DNA of 64,000 bases from Gammaproteobacteria bacterium. GTDB lineage: Bacteria > Pseudomonadota > Gammaproteobacteria > Pseudomonadales > Litorivicinaceae. Positions 20,173 to 31,342 of this stretch are shown piece after piece (the stretch's first letter is position 1; the number at the start of each line of letters is the position of its first letter). The DNA lies in contig PAHG01000022.1 of NCBI GenBank assembly GCA_002705795.1, positions 44,943 through 108,942 of the forward strand. The letters are read 5' to 3'. The position numbers and the translations under genes are program-made. Below the pieces are notes generated by a model. It was not told the DNA's origin. It searched no databases and saw only the letters and a program-made list of their open reading frames with translations.

Positions 20173-20652
20173 CTATTTTAGAACATACAGCTTGTGCTTG
20201 CCCAAGAATTTCCACAAATACGCTTCGCTATCCCGCTTGATCACCTTAATCGTATCTAAGCTATCTGACAGCTTCGCACATAAATGAAAATGAGGCCGAT
20301 CAGCTTTTACTATATACCTTCGAGAAACAGCATCTGGCCGAAACGACAACATAAGCGTATGGATTAGTGATTCACCAGGCTGGAACGAATTTTGGCGATG
20401 CTGTTGAGTTGGTGAAGGCATATCACCATCAAGTGGCTGAGGTAAAACACATACCCTCGCCAATTCATACGCAAACATTTGAGCATCAACAGTTAGTTCG
20501 GGATATACCCGCGACGGAGTTACACGCGCACATGAAGTTACCAAGAAACAGTACTCAGCACCCAATGGATAGTCTTTACAACTGAATATGTGCCTCAAAG
20601 TATTACTAGTCACGAATAACAGATTACAAACATTCAGTTGCTTGAGCTCCAC
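20173..20652 (-). CDS. Hypothetical protein, orphan ORF in the amiB-mutL junction
   Basis: 159-aa ORF with a GTG start and alternating hydrophobic patterns typical of an alpha/beta fold. I recognise no family with confidence. There is a weak HUH-like string (DRPHFHLCAKL). Confidence 0.4.
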   Translation of the reverse strand: MELKQLNVCNLLFVTSNTLRHIFSCKDYPLGAEYCFLVTSCARVTPSRVYPELTVDAQMFAYELARVCVLPQPLDGDMPSPTQQHRQNSFQPGESLIHTLMLSFRPDAVSRRYIVKADRPHFHLCAKLSDSLDTIKVIKRDSEAYLWKFLGKHKLYVLK

Positions 20653-20661
20653 GTCAACATG

Positions 20662-21987
20662 CTACCGCGCGGAACCCGGGACCTCTAGCTTTTGCCCGAG
20701 ATGAATCACATTCGTCTCAAGTCCGTTGAGTTCCTTCAGAGCCTGAAGGGATAGTCCGTACCGCACAGCAATTTCCGACAGCGTATCGCCGCGCTCGACC
20801 TCAATGACTACGCGTTTCCCTGCATTCTGTTTACGCCAAGCAACAAACGTATTTGCCGGAGGGCTCTTCTCAAAATATCGCTTAATTCCCTCAAAAATTG
20901 CAGCCGCAATCTTTTCTTGCTCACGCGAACTAGATAAACGCCTCGCATCCGAACGGTTCGACAAGAATCCAGTCTCAATAAGAAGCGATGGAATATCAGG
21001 ACTTCGAAGGACTATAAAATTGGCCAGCCCCAGGCGCTTCTTGTGTACGCGGCCAGCGTCTTTCAGATCGCTTAACACGCCCTCACCGGCCTGCTTTGAG
21101 ATACGAATCGCCGAGTCCATCGACATATTCAGCAACACTTGACGCGTGTCGTTATCAACATCACCCAAGTCAACACCACCGGCAAGATCATCGGCATTCT
21201 CGGTATTTTGCAACCACCGCGATAACTCTGAATTTGCACCCCTCAATGACAGTGCATAGACCCCCGCACCCCGAACACTGCGATTTTTTGGAAAACTGTC
21301 TGCATGAATCGAAATAAAGAAATCAGCACCTGCTTCGCGGGCAATTCGTGGACGATCTTGCAGCTGAATGTATCGATCATCCTCACGGGTCAAAACGGCA
21401 CGGTAACCGGGCTCGCTCTGAAATCGTCGCGCTAGCCGCTTGGCGATTCGTAAAACAACCTCCTTTTCAACCACACCGACCGACGATGCTCCTGGATCTT
21501 TACCACCGTGACCAGGATCAATCGCCACCACGATATCGCGCTTCTCAACTAATGGTTCTGCAATTTCATTGAGTGCAGCCGACCGAGCTGACACTTTTTC
21601 GCCGGCTACGTAACCAACCACATCAACGACTAAACGATGCGGATAACGTCCTTTAGGACCTAAGGTAAAGACATTGAACCGATACTCACCACTTAAATCG
21701 AACACCAAACGCCGACCGTTTCCACGGATTGAACTACGTATCCGCCGGATTCGAGAGTCATCAACCGAGTCAAGGGGTAAGAGCGTTTTCGCTGTCAAAT
21801 TCGTTATATCTAGAACTAAACGACTGGGGTTATTTAAATTGAAATGCGAAAATTGCGGCTTGCCAGAGAATTCGAGTACCACTCGAGAACTATCCTGGTC
21901 AGCTGATGAACGTAAAGACGTCAGGTCAATCGCGTGGGCCGATACAGCGAAAAAGACAACAAATAACATGTTTATCAATCGAATCAT
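20662..21987 (-). CDS. amiB: N-acetylmuramoyl-L-alanine amidase (AMIN, amidase_3 and LysM domains)
   Basis: Signal peptide, AMIN-like N-domain, catalytic region (VVAIDPGHGGKDPGA...SIHADS) and C-terminal LysM (GDTLSEIAVRYGLS...). It sits in tsaE-amiB-mutL synteny. Confidence 0.9.
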   Translation of the reverse strand: MIRLINMLFVVFFAVSAHAIDLTSLRSSADQDSSRVVLEFSGKPQFSHFNLNNPSRLVLDITNLTAKTLLPLDSVDDSRIRRIRSSIRGNGRRLVFDLSGEYRFNVFTLGPKGRYPHRLVVDVVGYVAGEKVSARSAALNEIAEPLVEKRDIVVAIDPGHGGKDPGASSVGVVEKEVVLRIAKRLARRFQSEPGYRAVLTREDDRYIQLQDRPRIAREAGADFFISIHADSFPKNRSVRGAGVYALSLRGANSELSRWLQNTENADDLAGGVDLGDVDNDTRQVLLNMSMDSAIRISKQAGEGVLSDLKDAGRVHKKRLGLANFIVLRSPDIPSLLIETGFLSNRSDARRLSSSREQEKIAAAIFEGIKRYFEKSPPANTFVAWRKQNAGKRVVIEVERGDTLSEIAVRYGLSLQALKELNGLETNVIHLGQKLEVPGSAR

Positions 21988-22451
21988 TCGGGTTTAGGAA
22001 CCTTTAACTCAGACAACCACTGTTCACCCTTTTTAGACTTCGCAGATACCGCACACATCCGTCCCTCATCATGCCAAGTCAGATGGACATCCAAGTCAGG
22101 ATTTGGCAACAACGGACCCACGCGCTCTGGCCATTCTATTAGCAGACCTTGTCCGTCTAACATATCGCGAAAACCCATCAACTCGAGTTCCTCGGGATCC
22201 TCGAGACGGTATAAGTCCAGATGCGAGACGGTCAGCTTCTGATCGATGGGATAGGTCTCACATAATGTATAGGTGGGCGAGGGAATCGCGTCAGTCACTC
22301 CAAGCTTCCTCAGAAACGCACGCGCCAAATGACTCTTACCCGCACCCAAGTTTCCAGTCAGCGTGACTAGAAAAGGAGGCTGAGGGCAACCCTTCGCGAG
22401 CGCCTTACCAAGCTTGCTAGTCATCACTTCATCGATCAATTCTACGCGCAT
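21984..22451 (-). CDS. tsaE: tRNA t6A biosynthesis ATPase TsaE
   Basis: P-loop GNLGAGKSHLAR and the SPTYTL motif. It overlaps amiB by 4 nt. Confidence 0.88.
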   Translation of the reverse strand: MRVELIDEVMTSKLGKALAKGCPQPPFLVTLTGNLGAGKSHLARAFLRKLGVTDAIPSPTYTLCETYPIDQKLTVSHLDLYRLEDPEELELMGFRDMLDGQGLLIEWPERVGPLLPNPDLDVHLTWHDEGRMCAVSAKSKKGEQWLSELKVPKPE

Positions 22452-22492
22452 CGAGGATTCCGGTTGACGGTTACTCTGTTAGTGTACCGGTC

Positions 22493-23584
22493 ATGGGCAA
22501 ATCATGGCACCAATCTAATGAAGTTCTGGCCAAGCTCGAGGCTAAAGCACACGAGCTTGGCTTCACTTCGCTTGGGATAACTGATACCAATGTATCGGAG
22601 CATGTTTCCTTTTTAGACGCTTGGCTCGAATCTGGATTTCACGGATCCATGAAATGGCTCGAACAGCATCTAGATCTCAGAAAAGATCCCACCCGCCTGG
22701 TTGAAGGCACACAACGAGTAATTTCCGTTCGGCTCGACTATTTGCCAGAGAATACGAACTGCATTGATATTCTGAATGATCCTGATAAGGCATACATCTC
22801 CCGCTACGCACTTGGCCGCGATTATCACAAGCTCATGCGCAAACGTCTGAAACATCTTGGTGACTGGCTTACAGAGGAAATCCAACCTCATGGATTTCGA
22901 GTATTTTCAGATTCTGCGCCCATTCTCGAAAAGCACCTGGCTGAAAAAGCCGGACTAGGATGGATTGGCAAACACACATTATTATTATCGCGTCGGGCGG
23001 GCAGTTGGTTTTTCTTGGGGGAGCTACTGACAGATTGCCCATTACCTCTCACCCAAACCACTGAACAACCCCGGTGTGGGTCTTGTACCGCTTGTCTCGA
23101 TGTTTGCCCGACCAACGCGTTCCCCGAGCCTTACCAGCTCGATGCGACCAAATGTATTAGTTACCTAACGATTGAACACAAAGGATCCATTCCAGAAGAA
23201 TTAAGAGCCCCAATGGGTAATCGTGTGTTTGGTTGCGATGACTGTCAGTTGTTCTGCCCGTGGAACCGATATGCATCCATCGGAGATCCGGCATTCGCCC
23301 CAAGGCATGCGCTCGATGACCAATCACTGATCGATCTGTTTCAGTGGAGCGAAGAAGAGTTTCTTCTGAAGACTGAAGGAAATCCCCTCCGGCGCGCAGG
23401 CTATGTGAAGTTTCTTGAAAATATCGCCATTGGACTAGGCAACAGCGCAAGTCATATCGGGAAAGCCATTCAGATTTTGGAGCTCAAACATGGCATGCAT
23501 GGCGCGGTGCTGGATGAGCACATCGATTGGGCTGTGTCTCGCCTCAGGAATCAGGCTTCAGAAAGTGAGCGCGGTAATGCTTGA
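22493..23584 (+). CDS. queG: Epoxyqueuosine reductase
   Basis: Two ferredoxin-type Cys clusters ([23 protein letters not shown]) and the QueG family pattern. It is divergent from tsaE. Confidence 0.9.
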   Translation: MGKSWHQSNEVLAKLEAKAHELGFTSLGITDTNVSEHVSFLDAWLESGFHGSMKWLEQHLDLRKDPTRLVEGTQRVISVRLDYLPENTNCIDILNDPDKAYISRYALGRDYHKLMRKRLKHLGDWLTEEIQPHGFRVFSDSAPILEKHLAEKAGLGWIGKHTLLLSRRAGSWFFLGELLTDCPLPLTQTTEQPRCGSCTACLDVCPTNAFPEPYQLDATKCISYLTIEHKGSIPEELRAPMGNRVFGCDDCQLFCPWNRYASIGDPAFAPRHALDDQSLIDLFQWSEEEFLLKTEGNPLRRAGYVKFLENIAIGLGNSASHIGKAIQILELKHGMHGAVLDEHIDWAVSRLRNQASESERGNA

Positions 23585-24092
23585 GCTCATCGATCGAATC
23601 ATGGATATCAGCGAGCGCAAGATGCTGACCTGACTTTACAAGCCCTTCAAGTACTTTAGGGTTCCAACGCCTCGCGAGCTCTTTAAGCGTCGATACATCA
23701 AGATTCCGATAGTGAAAGAATGCCTCGAGAGTAGGCATATAATGGGCCAAAAAGCGCCTGTCCTGGCAAATCGAATTGCCACACATAGGCGACTGACGCG
23801 GGTCCAAAAATTCACTCAAAAACTCAATGGTTTTCGCCTCTGCCTCGACTTCTGTAATGGTGGAATTTCGCACACGTCCGGTAAGACCTGATTTCCCATG
23901 CTGCCGAGTATTCCACTCGTCCATACCGTCGAGCGTTGCTTGCGGTTGACTGATCGCATACACAGGTCCTTCACCAAGCATATTCAGATCTTTATCCGTA
24001 ACCACAGTCGCTATTTCAATGATTCGGTCCTTTTCAGGTGATAACCCTGTCATTTCCAAATCAATCCAAATCAAATTCAACGCGTCTTTCAT
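23544..24092 (-). CDS. orn: Oligoribonuclease
   Basis: DEDDh exonuclease motifs ([11 protein letters not shown], ...H.ALADI). The start is trimmed to MKDALN, whose ATG at 24092 overlaps the epmA stop as ATGA. Confidence 0.9.
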   Translation of the reverse strand: MKDALNLIWIDLEMTGLSPEKDRIIEIATVVTDKDLNMLGEGPVYAISQPQATLDGMDEWNTRQHGKSGLTGRVRNSTITEVEAEAKTIEFLSEFLDPRQSPMCGNSICQDRRFLAHYMPTLEAFFHYRNLDVSTLKELARRWNPKVLEGLVKSGQHLALADIHDSIDELKHYRAHFLKPDS

Positions 24093-25036
24093 AAGTGTCC
24101 CGTAAATGTCATGCACTCTGAGAGCGTTTTTGACTGTGTCATAACCTGAAGTAATCGATCGACACCTAAGGCGACACCGTAGCTCTCCGGTAAACCAGAC
24201 GTCAATGCATCAAGTAACGCATCGTCTCTCGGAACAACCGGCCGATGCAATGATTCGCGGCGTCGGTTGTCTTCGTCGAATCGAGCCGATTGTTCGACCG
24301 CGTCTGTGAGCTCGTGATAGCCATTTGCGATCTCACGACCTGCAATATACAACTCGGCACGCTTTGCAACGGAATCCGCACCGTCACGCTCTAGACGCGC
24401 GAGTGCCGATTGGATCGCCGGAAAATTGATTACAATATGATTCATGAGATGTGGCTCGATCTCGGTCGCGAAAAGCACATTGAGATGACTATCAAAATCA
24501 AGAGAAGCGGCAGCTTTTGCTCCTAAAATATTACTGGAAAATCCAACGAGATCGTCAGTTGTAGCTTGATGCGGATTCAGCCCGTAGGTTGCCTCAAAGA
24601 CATCGCTATATGCGATTACGTCGGGTCGCCCGTATTCTGTCAAGGTTTCGACTAAATCCTGGATCTCAGACACCATTGCTTGAAACGGATGAATTGGCGT
24701 TGGCCGATACCATTCAAGCATGGTGAACTCAATCGCATGCTCAGATCCTTGTTCATTGGCACGATACGCTTTACCAATCGCATGCACCGGACATTGGTAT
24801 TTCGACAACAGTCGTTTGAGATAGGTTTCTGGTGAGGTGAGCAAATAGCCGACGTGGAGTCCAGCTGGATCGCTGACCGCAAAACTATCCAGCCAAGGAT
24901 CAGATGCAGGGGCTTTAGCAATCGCAGGGACATCCACTTCGAGTGACTGTCTTGCCTCGAAAAACGAACGAAGCCCGGACAGTAAACTGGCGCGGGCTTC
25001 GAGAATGGTCCTTGTGGCCGTGGGCCGGCCCATCAT
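24089..25036 (-). CDS. epmA: Elongation factor P-(R)-beta-lysine ligase
   Basis: Class II LysRS-like catalytic core without an anticodon domain ([27 protein letters not shown]). Its ATG overlaps the efp stop as ATGA. Confidence 0.88.
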   Translation of the reverse strand: MMGRPTATRTILEARASLLSGLRSFFEARQSLEVDVPAIAKAPASDPWLDSFAVSDPAGLHVGYLLTSPETYLKRLLSKYQCPVHAIGKAYRANEQGSEHAIEFTMLEWYRPTPIHPFQAMVSEIQDLVETLTEYGRPDVIAYSDVFEATYGLNPHQATTDDLVGFSSNILGAKAAASLDFDSHLNVLFATEIEPHLMNHIVINFPAIQSALARLERDGADSVAKRAELYIAGREIANGYHELTDAVEQSARFDEDNRRRESLHRPVVPRDDALLDALTSGLPESYGVALGVDRLLQVMTQSKTLSECMTFTGHL

Positions 25037-25611
25037 TTTTTCGTGGCACGTGAGACGTAGTCGCCAGTCCGTGTATCAACACGGAGCACCTCACCAATTT
25101 CGATGAACAGCGGCACGTTCACAACGGCGCCTGTTGATAGTGTCGCAGGCTTGGAACCTCCTTGCGCTGTATCACCTTTGAGGCCCGGATCTGTTTCCAC
25201 AACTTCCAGTTCAATATGATTGGGAGGGCTCACCGCTAAGGGTGCCCCGTTAAAGAGCGTAATGAGGTAGGTCTCTTGCTCCTTGAGCCATTTCGATGCA
25301 TCACCGACAGCTTTTGCATCAGCAACGTGTTGCTCAAAAGAACCATCGGTCATCATAAAGTGATAGAACTCGCCATCGGCATATAGGTATTCCATATCAA
25401 GATCAATCACATCAGCCGCCTCAACCGAGTCTCCTGACTTAAAAGTCTTTTCGACGACACGACCCGTTTTCAGGTTTTTGATCTTCACACGGTTAAACGC
25501 CTGCCCTTTACCCGGCTTGACGAACTCGTTTTCAACGATCGTGCATGGATCACCGTCGATCAGTACTTTCAAGCCTGATTTGAACTCATTAGTTGAGAAC
25601 GACGCCATCAA
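25033..25611 (-). CDS. efp: Elongation factor P
   Basis: [11 protein letters not shown]...[13 protein letters not shown], with the conserved modifiable Lys in PGKGQA. The start is probably the second Met (25608). Confidence 0.94.
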   Translation of the reverse strand: MMASFSTNEFKSGLKVLIDGDPCTIVENEFVKPGKGQAFNRVKIKNLKTGRVVEKTFKSGDSVEAADVIDLDMEYLYADGEFYHFMMTDGSFEQHVADAKAVGDASKWLKEQETYLITLFNGAPLAVSPPNHIELEVVETDPGLKGDTAQGGSKPATLSTGAVVNVPLFIEIGEVLRVDTRTGDYVSRATKK

Positions 25612-26058
25612 TTACTCTCCGTTAATCACAACTGTAATCGTTGCAAATACTTCTGCGTGGACCTGGCACTGTACTTCGTGCTCGCCGGTTGTGCGTAATG
25701 GACCTTCTGGAAGCCGAACTTCACTCTTATCTAACGTCAACCCGGCAGCCTCAGCCGCTTCAGAAATGTCACGTGTACCAACTGAACCGAACAATTTACC
25801 TTCGTCACCAGCCTTCGCTGTAATCGCAACGACTTTCTGATTCATGCCCTCAGCACGAGCCGTCGCCGCATCAAGTTGTTCTTTTTCAGCTTTCTCTAGC
25901 TCCGCGCGACGCGTTTCGAATTCAGCAACGTTTGATTCATTTGCCAAAACTGCACGGCCCTGTGGGAGCAGGAAGTTACGCGCGTAACCCCCTTTCACGG
26001 TGACACGGTCACCAAGACCACCAAGTTTGCCAACTTTTTCAAGCAAAATTACTTCCAT
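25612..26058 (-). CDS. rplI: 50S ribosomal protein L9
   Basis: [27 protein letters not shown] consensus. Confidence 0.95.
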   Translation of the reverse strand: MEVILLEKVGKLGGLGDRVTVKGGYARNFLLPQGRAVLANESNVAEFETRRAELEKAEKEQLDAATARAEGMNQKVVAITAKAGDEGKLFGSVGTRDISEAAEAAGLTLDKSEVRLPEGPLRTTGEHEVQCQVHAEVFATITVVINGE

Positions 26059-26934
26059 TTATTCATCCTCATTTTCTGGGGGTTCCTGACGAGCGCGGGT
26101 GCGAAAATCCACGAACGCGTCAATTACCGCCAATAACGTCAACAACAGTAGGAGGTATGGCGTAAAAAATACCAACGCCGTATAGAACATGATGATCAGT
26201 CCCTTCGACTCTCTCATGCTCGTTAACCCATGTACCAATGCCATGCCGGCAAACATTAATGGTAATGCACCCACCGGAGAAAATCGGAGCATCCATGGAT
26301 CGACCAAGAACCCCGTCACTGCCAGGACTAGGCAACCCGCTGCAAACACTGGCGGCAATATGACCGCCTCAAACTCAGCCTTGAACCCACCTGGGTTATA
26401 TGCTTGAGCTTGTAAAGCCCGTGCAAATGTGAGCGCAAACAAGGCGCTTACCATATTTACAAAGCTCAGTGCGCCAACAGAGAGTGATCCCATCCATGCA
26501 TCCACTGTGGCCTCATCCACCCCAAGAGGGGCAAACTGCGCCGGCGGAGCGACCACTTCTTTGATCGCGACAACCAAGCCCTTCAGCGTCTCCTCGTAGA
26601 GCGCGCCCACTAACATAACTAAGCCAAGCGATATGCCCAACCCCACGACGAGGACGGTAAGCCAGCTTAGTGTCCGGTGAAGTACTGCTGCCAAGACAAC
26701 TGTAATCACCAATACCAGCAACATGGCTGAGTCACCGAATCCAAAAGCCATCACAAGTGCGGAGAGCATTGGGATTACGATCACCATTAGAGATTGATCT
26801 AGACCACGACGGAGTGCGTATAACGCCACCACCGAAGCACCCGCCCATGACAAAAGCGGCAGAAACAGTAGCGATGACGCGATCAATGCAGCCCGCCACT
26901 CAGACGCCATTAAATAATGCGCCAGCCGTGCCAT
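26059..26934 (-). CDS. Polytopic membrane protein between rpsR and rplI (DUF2232/YybS-like position)
   Basis: 291 aa with 6-8 predicted TM helices. It abuts rplI with no spacer. A membrane protein in this slot is conserved in Pseudomonas-type rpsF operons (from memory). Confidence 0.6.
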   Translation of the reverse strand: MARLAHYLMASEWRAALIASSLLFLPLLSWAGASVVALYALRRGLDQSLMVIVIPMLSALVMAFGFGDSAMLLVLVITVVLAAVLHRTLSWLTVLVVGLGISLGLVMLVGALYEETLKGLVVAIKEVVAPPAQFAPLGVDEATVDAWMGSLSVGALSFVNMVSALFALTFARALQAQAYNPGGFKAEFEAVILPPVFAAGCLVLAVTGFLVDPWMLRFSPVGALPLMFAGMALVHGLTSMRESKGLIIMFYTALVFFTPYLLLLLTLLAVIDAFVDFRTRARQEPPENEDE

Positions 26935-26949
26935 GGAATCCCCTATTAA

Positions 26950-27180
26950 TTAGATATCGTGCGAATCCGTATATGGAAGCAATGCCAAGTAACGAGCGCG
27001 CTTAATAGCTGTAGCGAGCTGACGCTGATACTTCGCGCTTGTTCCGGTAATCCGTGAGGGTACGATTTTACCGGTTTCAGTAATGTACTGCTTCAACGTA
27101 TCCAGATCTTTGTAGTCGATTTCTGCGACATTTTCAGCAGAGAAACGACAGAATTTGCGACGACGGAAAAAACGTGACAT
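26950..27180 (-). CDS. rpsR: 30S ribosomal protein S18
   Basis: FRRRKFCRF....IDYKD...L..YI.E.GKI.P.RITGT.AKYQR.L consensus. Confidence 0.95.
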   Translation of the reverse strand: MSRFFRRRKFCRFSAENVAEIDYKDLDTLKQYITETGKIVPSRITGTSAKYQRQLATAIKRARYLALLPYTDSHDI

Positions 27181-27189
27181 ATCTCTACC

Positions 27190-27642
27190 TTACTCTTCTG
27201 TAACTTCTTCAGCTTCAACAGCATCATCGTTACCGCCAGCTTCGGCGGTTTCAACATCACCTCCCTCTGATTGCTCGGCGTCGCGGTCACGACGACGCTC
27301 TGAGCGATCACGGTCCTGACGACTTTCAGCAGCTTTGATCGGAGATATTTCTGTTGCAGCGTCTTTCTGCTTAATAACCATGTTACGCAATACGGCATCA
27401 TTAAAACGGAAGGTTGTAGTGAGTTCATCAAGAACTTCAACAGAACATTCTATATTCCACAAAATGTAGTGCGCTTTGTGTAGATCATTGATCGGATAAG
27501 CCAACTGGCGACGACCCCAATCCTCAAAGCGATGAACAGATCCCCCACCCTCAGTGACGATATTTGTGTACCGCTCTATCATGGCAGGGACTTGCTCTGA
27601 CTGATCCGGATGGAACAGCAAAACGATCTCGTAATGGTTCAT
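27190..27642 (-). CDS. rpsF: 30S ribosomal protein S6 with a long acidic C-terminal tail
   Basis: [18 protein letters not shown]... consensus. A TAAGGAG Shine-Dalgarno lies 5 nt upstream. Confidence 0.95.
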   Translation of the reverse strand: MNHYEIVLLFHPDQSEQVPAMIERYTNIVTEGGGSVHRFEDWGRRQLAYPINDLHKAHYILWNIECSVEVLDELTTTFRFNDAVLRNMVIKQKDAATEISPIKAAESRQDRDRSERRRDRDAEQSEGGDVETAEAGGNDDAVEAEEVTEE

Positions 27643-27663
27643 TGTGACTCCTTATGGGTTTCG

Positions 27664-27684
27664 CCGTCCGGCCCATCCGAACGG
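27664..27684 (-). promoter_or_regulatory. Hairpin in the rpsF 5' leader, candidate S6:S18 autoregulatory element
   Basis: On the minus strand: CCGTTCGG-atggg-CCGGACGG, 8 bp including one G-U, ending about 22 nt upstream of the rpsF ATG. It is CCG/CGG-rich, like the described S6:S18 binding leader (from memory). Confidence 0.35.
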
Positions 27685-27763
27685 CAAGGAGATCGCCTGC
27701 ACAGCAGACAATAGGGCGCGGAGTCTAGTCGACCCTGCACCCTATTGCAATGGATAAGTTTGT

Positions 27764-28027
27764 TTAACTGTCCAGGTCGTACCGATCGTCACCATCTTCC
27801 TCCATCCCTGCAGCGGGAATCTTCACATTACGAGCAGGAACGACGGTCGAGATCGCGTGCTTGTAGACCATTTGGCTTACTGTATTCTTTAGAAGGACAA
27901 CAAATTGATCAAATGATTCAATTTGGCCTTGAAGTTTAATTCCATTGACCAAGAAGATCGAAACAGGAACGCGTTCCTTGCGCAAGATATTTAGGAAAGG
28001 GTCTTGCAGCGAATGCCCTTTTGACAT
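27764..28027 (-). CDS. hfq: RNA chaperone Hfq
   Basis: [64 protein letters not shown], near-consensus Sm1/Sm2. Confidence 0.96.
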   Translation of the reverse strand: MSKGHSLQDPFLNILRKERVPVSIFLVNGIKLQGQIESFDQFVVLLKNTVSQMVYKHAISTVVPARNVKIPAAGMEEDGDDRYDLDS

Positions 28028-28161
28028 AGTCCCCTCCCGATACCGGACGGTCGTAGGACCAATCTTCCTCTACGGTCCCTAAGGTTGGGGGCTTCCACCC
28101 ACGACGGTCTATACATGTTTTTTTGTTTATGGGGACAGCTAGCCGTTGCTGTCTATGCAAA

Positions 28162-30415
<2,254 letters not shown>

Positions 30416-30484
30416 ATTCCGTCCCTAGAAATAGTCAAAGAGGCGGCGAGTTTACCAACACTCGCAGCGAGACGCATCTGGCAA

Positions 30485-31342
30485 TCAGAATTTAACCAGA
30501 TAAGACAGCGCACTCAGGTCATGGTGATTAAGACAATGATTCGCTTCCTCGCGCACCCTAGGTTTTGCATGATGCGCAACGCCTATCCCAGAGGCAGTTA
30601 GCATTGGTATATCGTTGGCACCGTCACCGATAGCCATGGTCTCGAGCATTTCAATGCCCAAGGTACTAGCTTCGCTTTTTAGGGTTTCAAGTTTCGTCGA
30701 ACCATCGATGATCGGTGGTACCACGCGTCCAGTGACGTATCCATTTTCACACTCGAGCGTGTTCGATAAAACAAAGTCCATTCCGAGACGATCACCAACT
30801 TGATCAGCAAAGTAAGAGAATCCGCCAGACACAATACCTAGCCGGACGCCGGCACCTGCCAAATTCGCTGTCAAAATTTCAGCTCCGGGCATCAGCGTGA
30901 GACTTTGATAGACGTCATCGAGTTCCGATACGGCGAGACCTCGAAGAAGACCTAACCGCTCCGTGAAACTCGAAATAAAGTCGAGCTCGCCGCGCATCGC
31001 ACGTTCAGTAATTGCTGAGACTTCGTCGCCTAAGCCACAGGCGGTAGCAAGTTGATCGATCACCTCCTGCTGAATTAGCGTCGAATCCATATCGAATAAA
31101 GCGAGTTTCGGTCGCTCCTCACCAACCAATAAATAATCGGTATTCGCTTTGTCAGCACGCGATGCGACGAGGCTTTGATCTATTGTATCGATCAATAACT
31201 CGATACAGTCACAAGTCGGCGGAACCAACAGATCATGGGGTTGACGATGGCGTTTTTCGTATTTGCCCAAATGAGCATCACGTAAGACTGCGTCAAGCGC
31301 CTCGCCGTGGATCGCATCACTCGTAAACCAGAGAAGTCTCAC
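30485..31342 (-). CDS. serB: Phosphoserine phosphatase
   Basis: HAD motifs ([25 protein letters not shown]). Confidence 0.88.
   Translation of the reverse strand: MRLLWFTSDAIHGEALDAVLRDAHLGKYEKRHRQPHDLLVPPTCDCIELLIDTIDQSLVASRADKANTDYLLVGEERPKLALFDMDSTLIQQEVIDQLATACGLGDEVSAITERAMRGELDFISSFTERLGLLRGLAVSELDDVYQSLTLMPGAEILTANLAGAGVRLGIVSGGFSYFADQVGDRLGMDFVLSNTLECENGYVTGRVVPPIIDGSTKLETLKSEASTLGIEMLETMAIGDGANDIPMLTASGIGVAHHAKPRVREEANHCLNHHDLSALSYLVKF

Noticed and set aside
20367-20585. A 72-aa plus-strand ORF inside the amiB-mutL spacer.
   Set aside because: It is antisense to the longer 159-aa ORF, His/Gln-rich and without secondary-structure-like periodicity. It is less plausible than the minus-strand frame, which is itself uncertain.
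28040-28125. Three copies of GACCGT(C/A)(G/C) upstream of hfq and a 6-bp hairpin (GACAGC-n8-GCTGTC) after purA.
   Set aside because: The hexamers are short, irregularly spaced and not arranged as inverted or phased repeats. The hairpin lacks a U-tail. I cannot separate this from chance.
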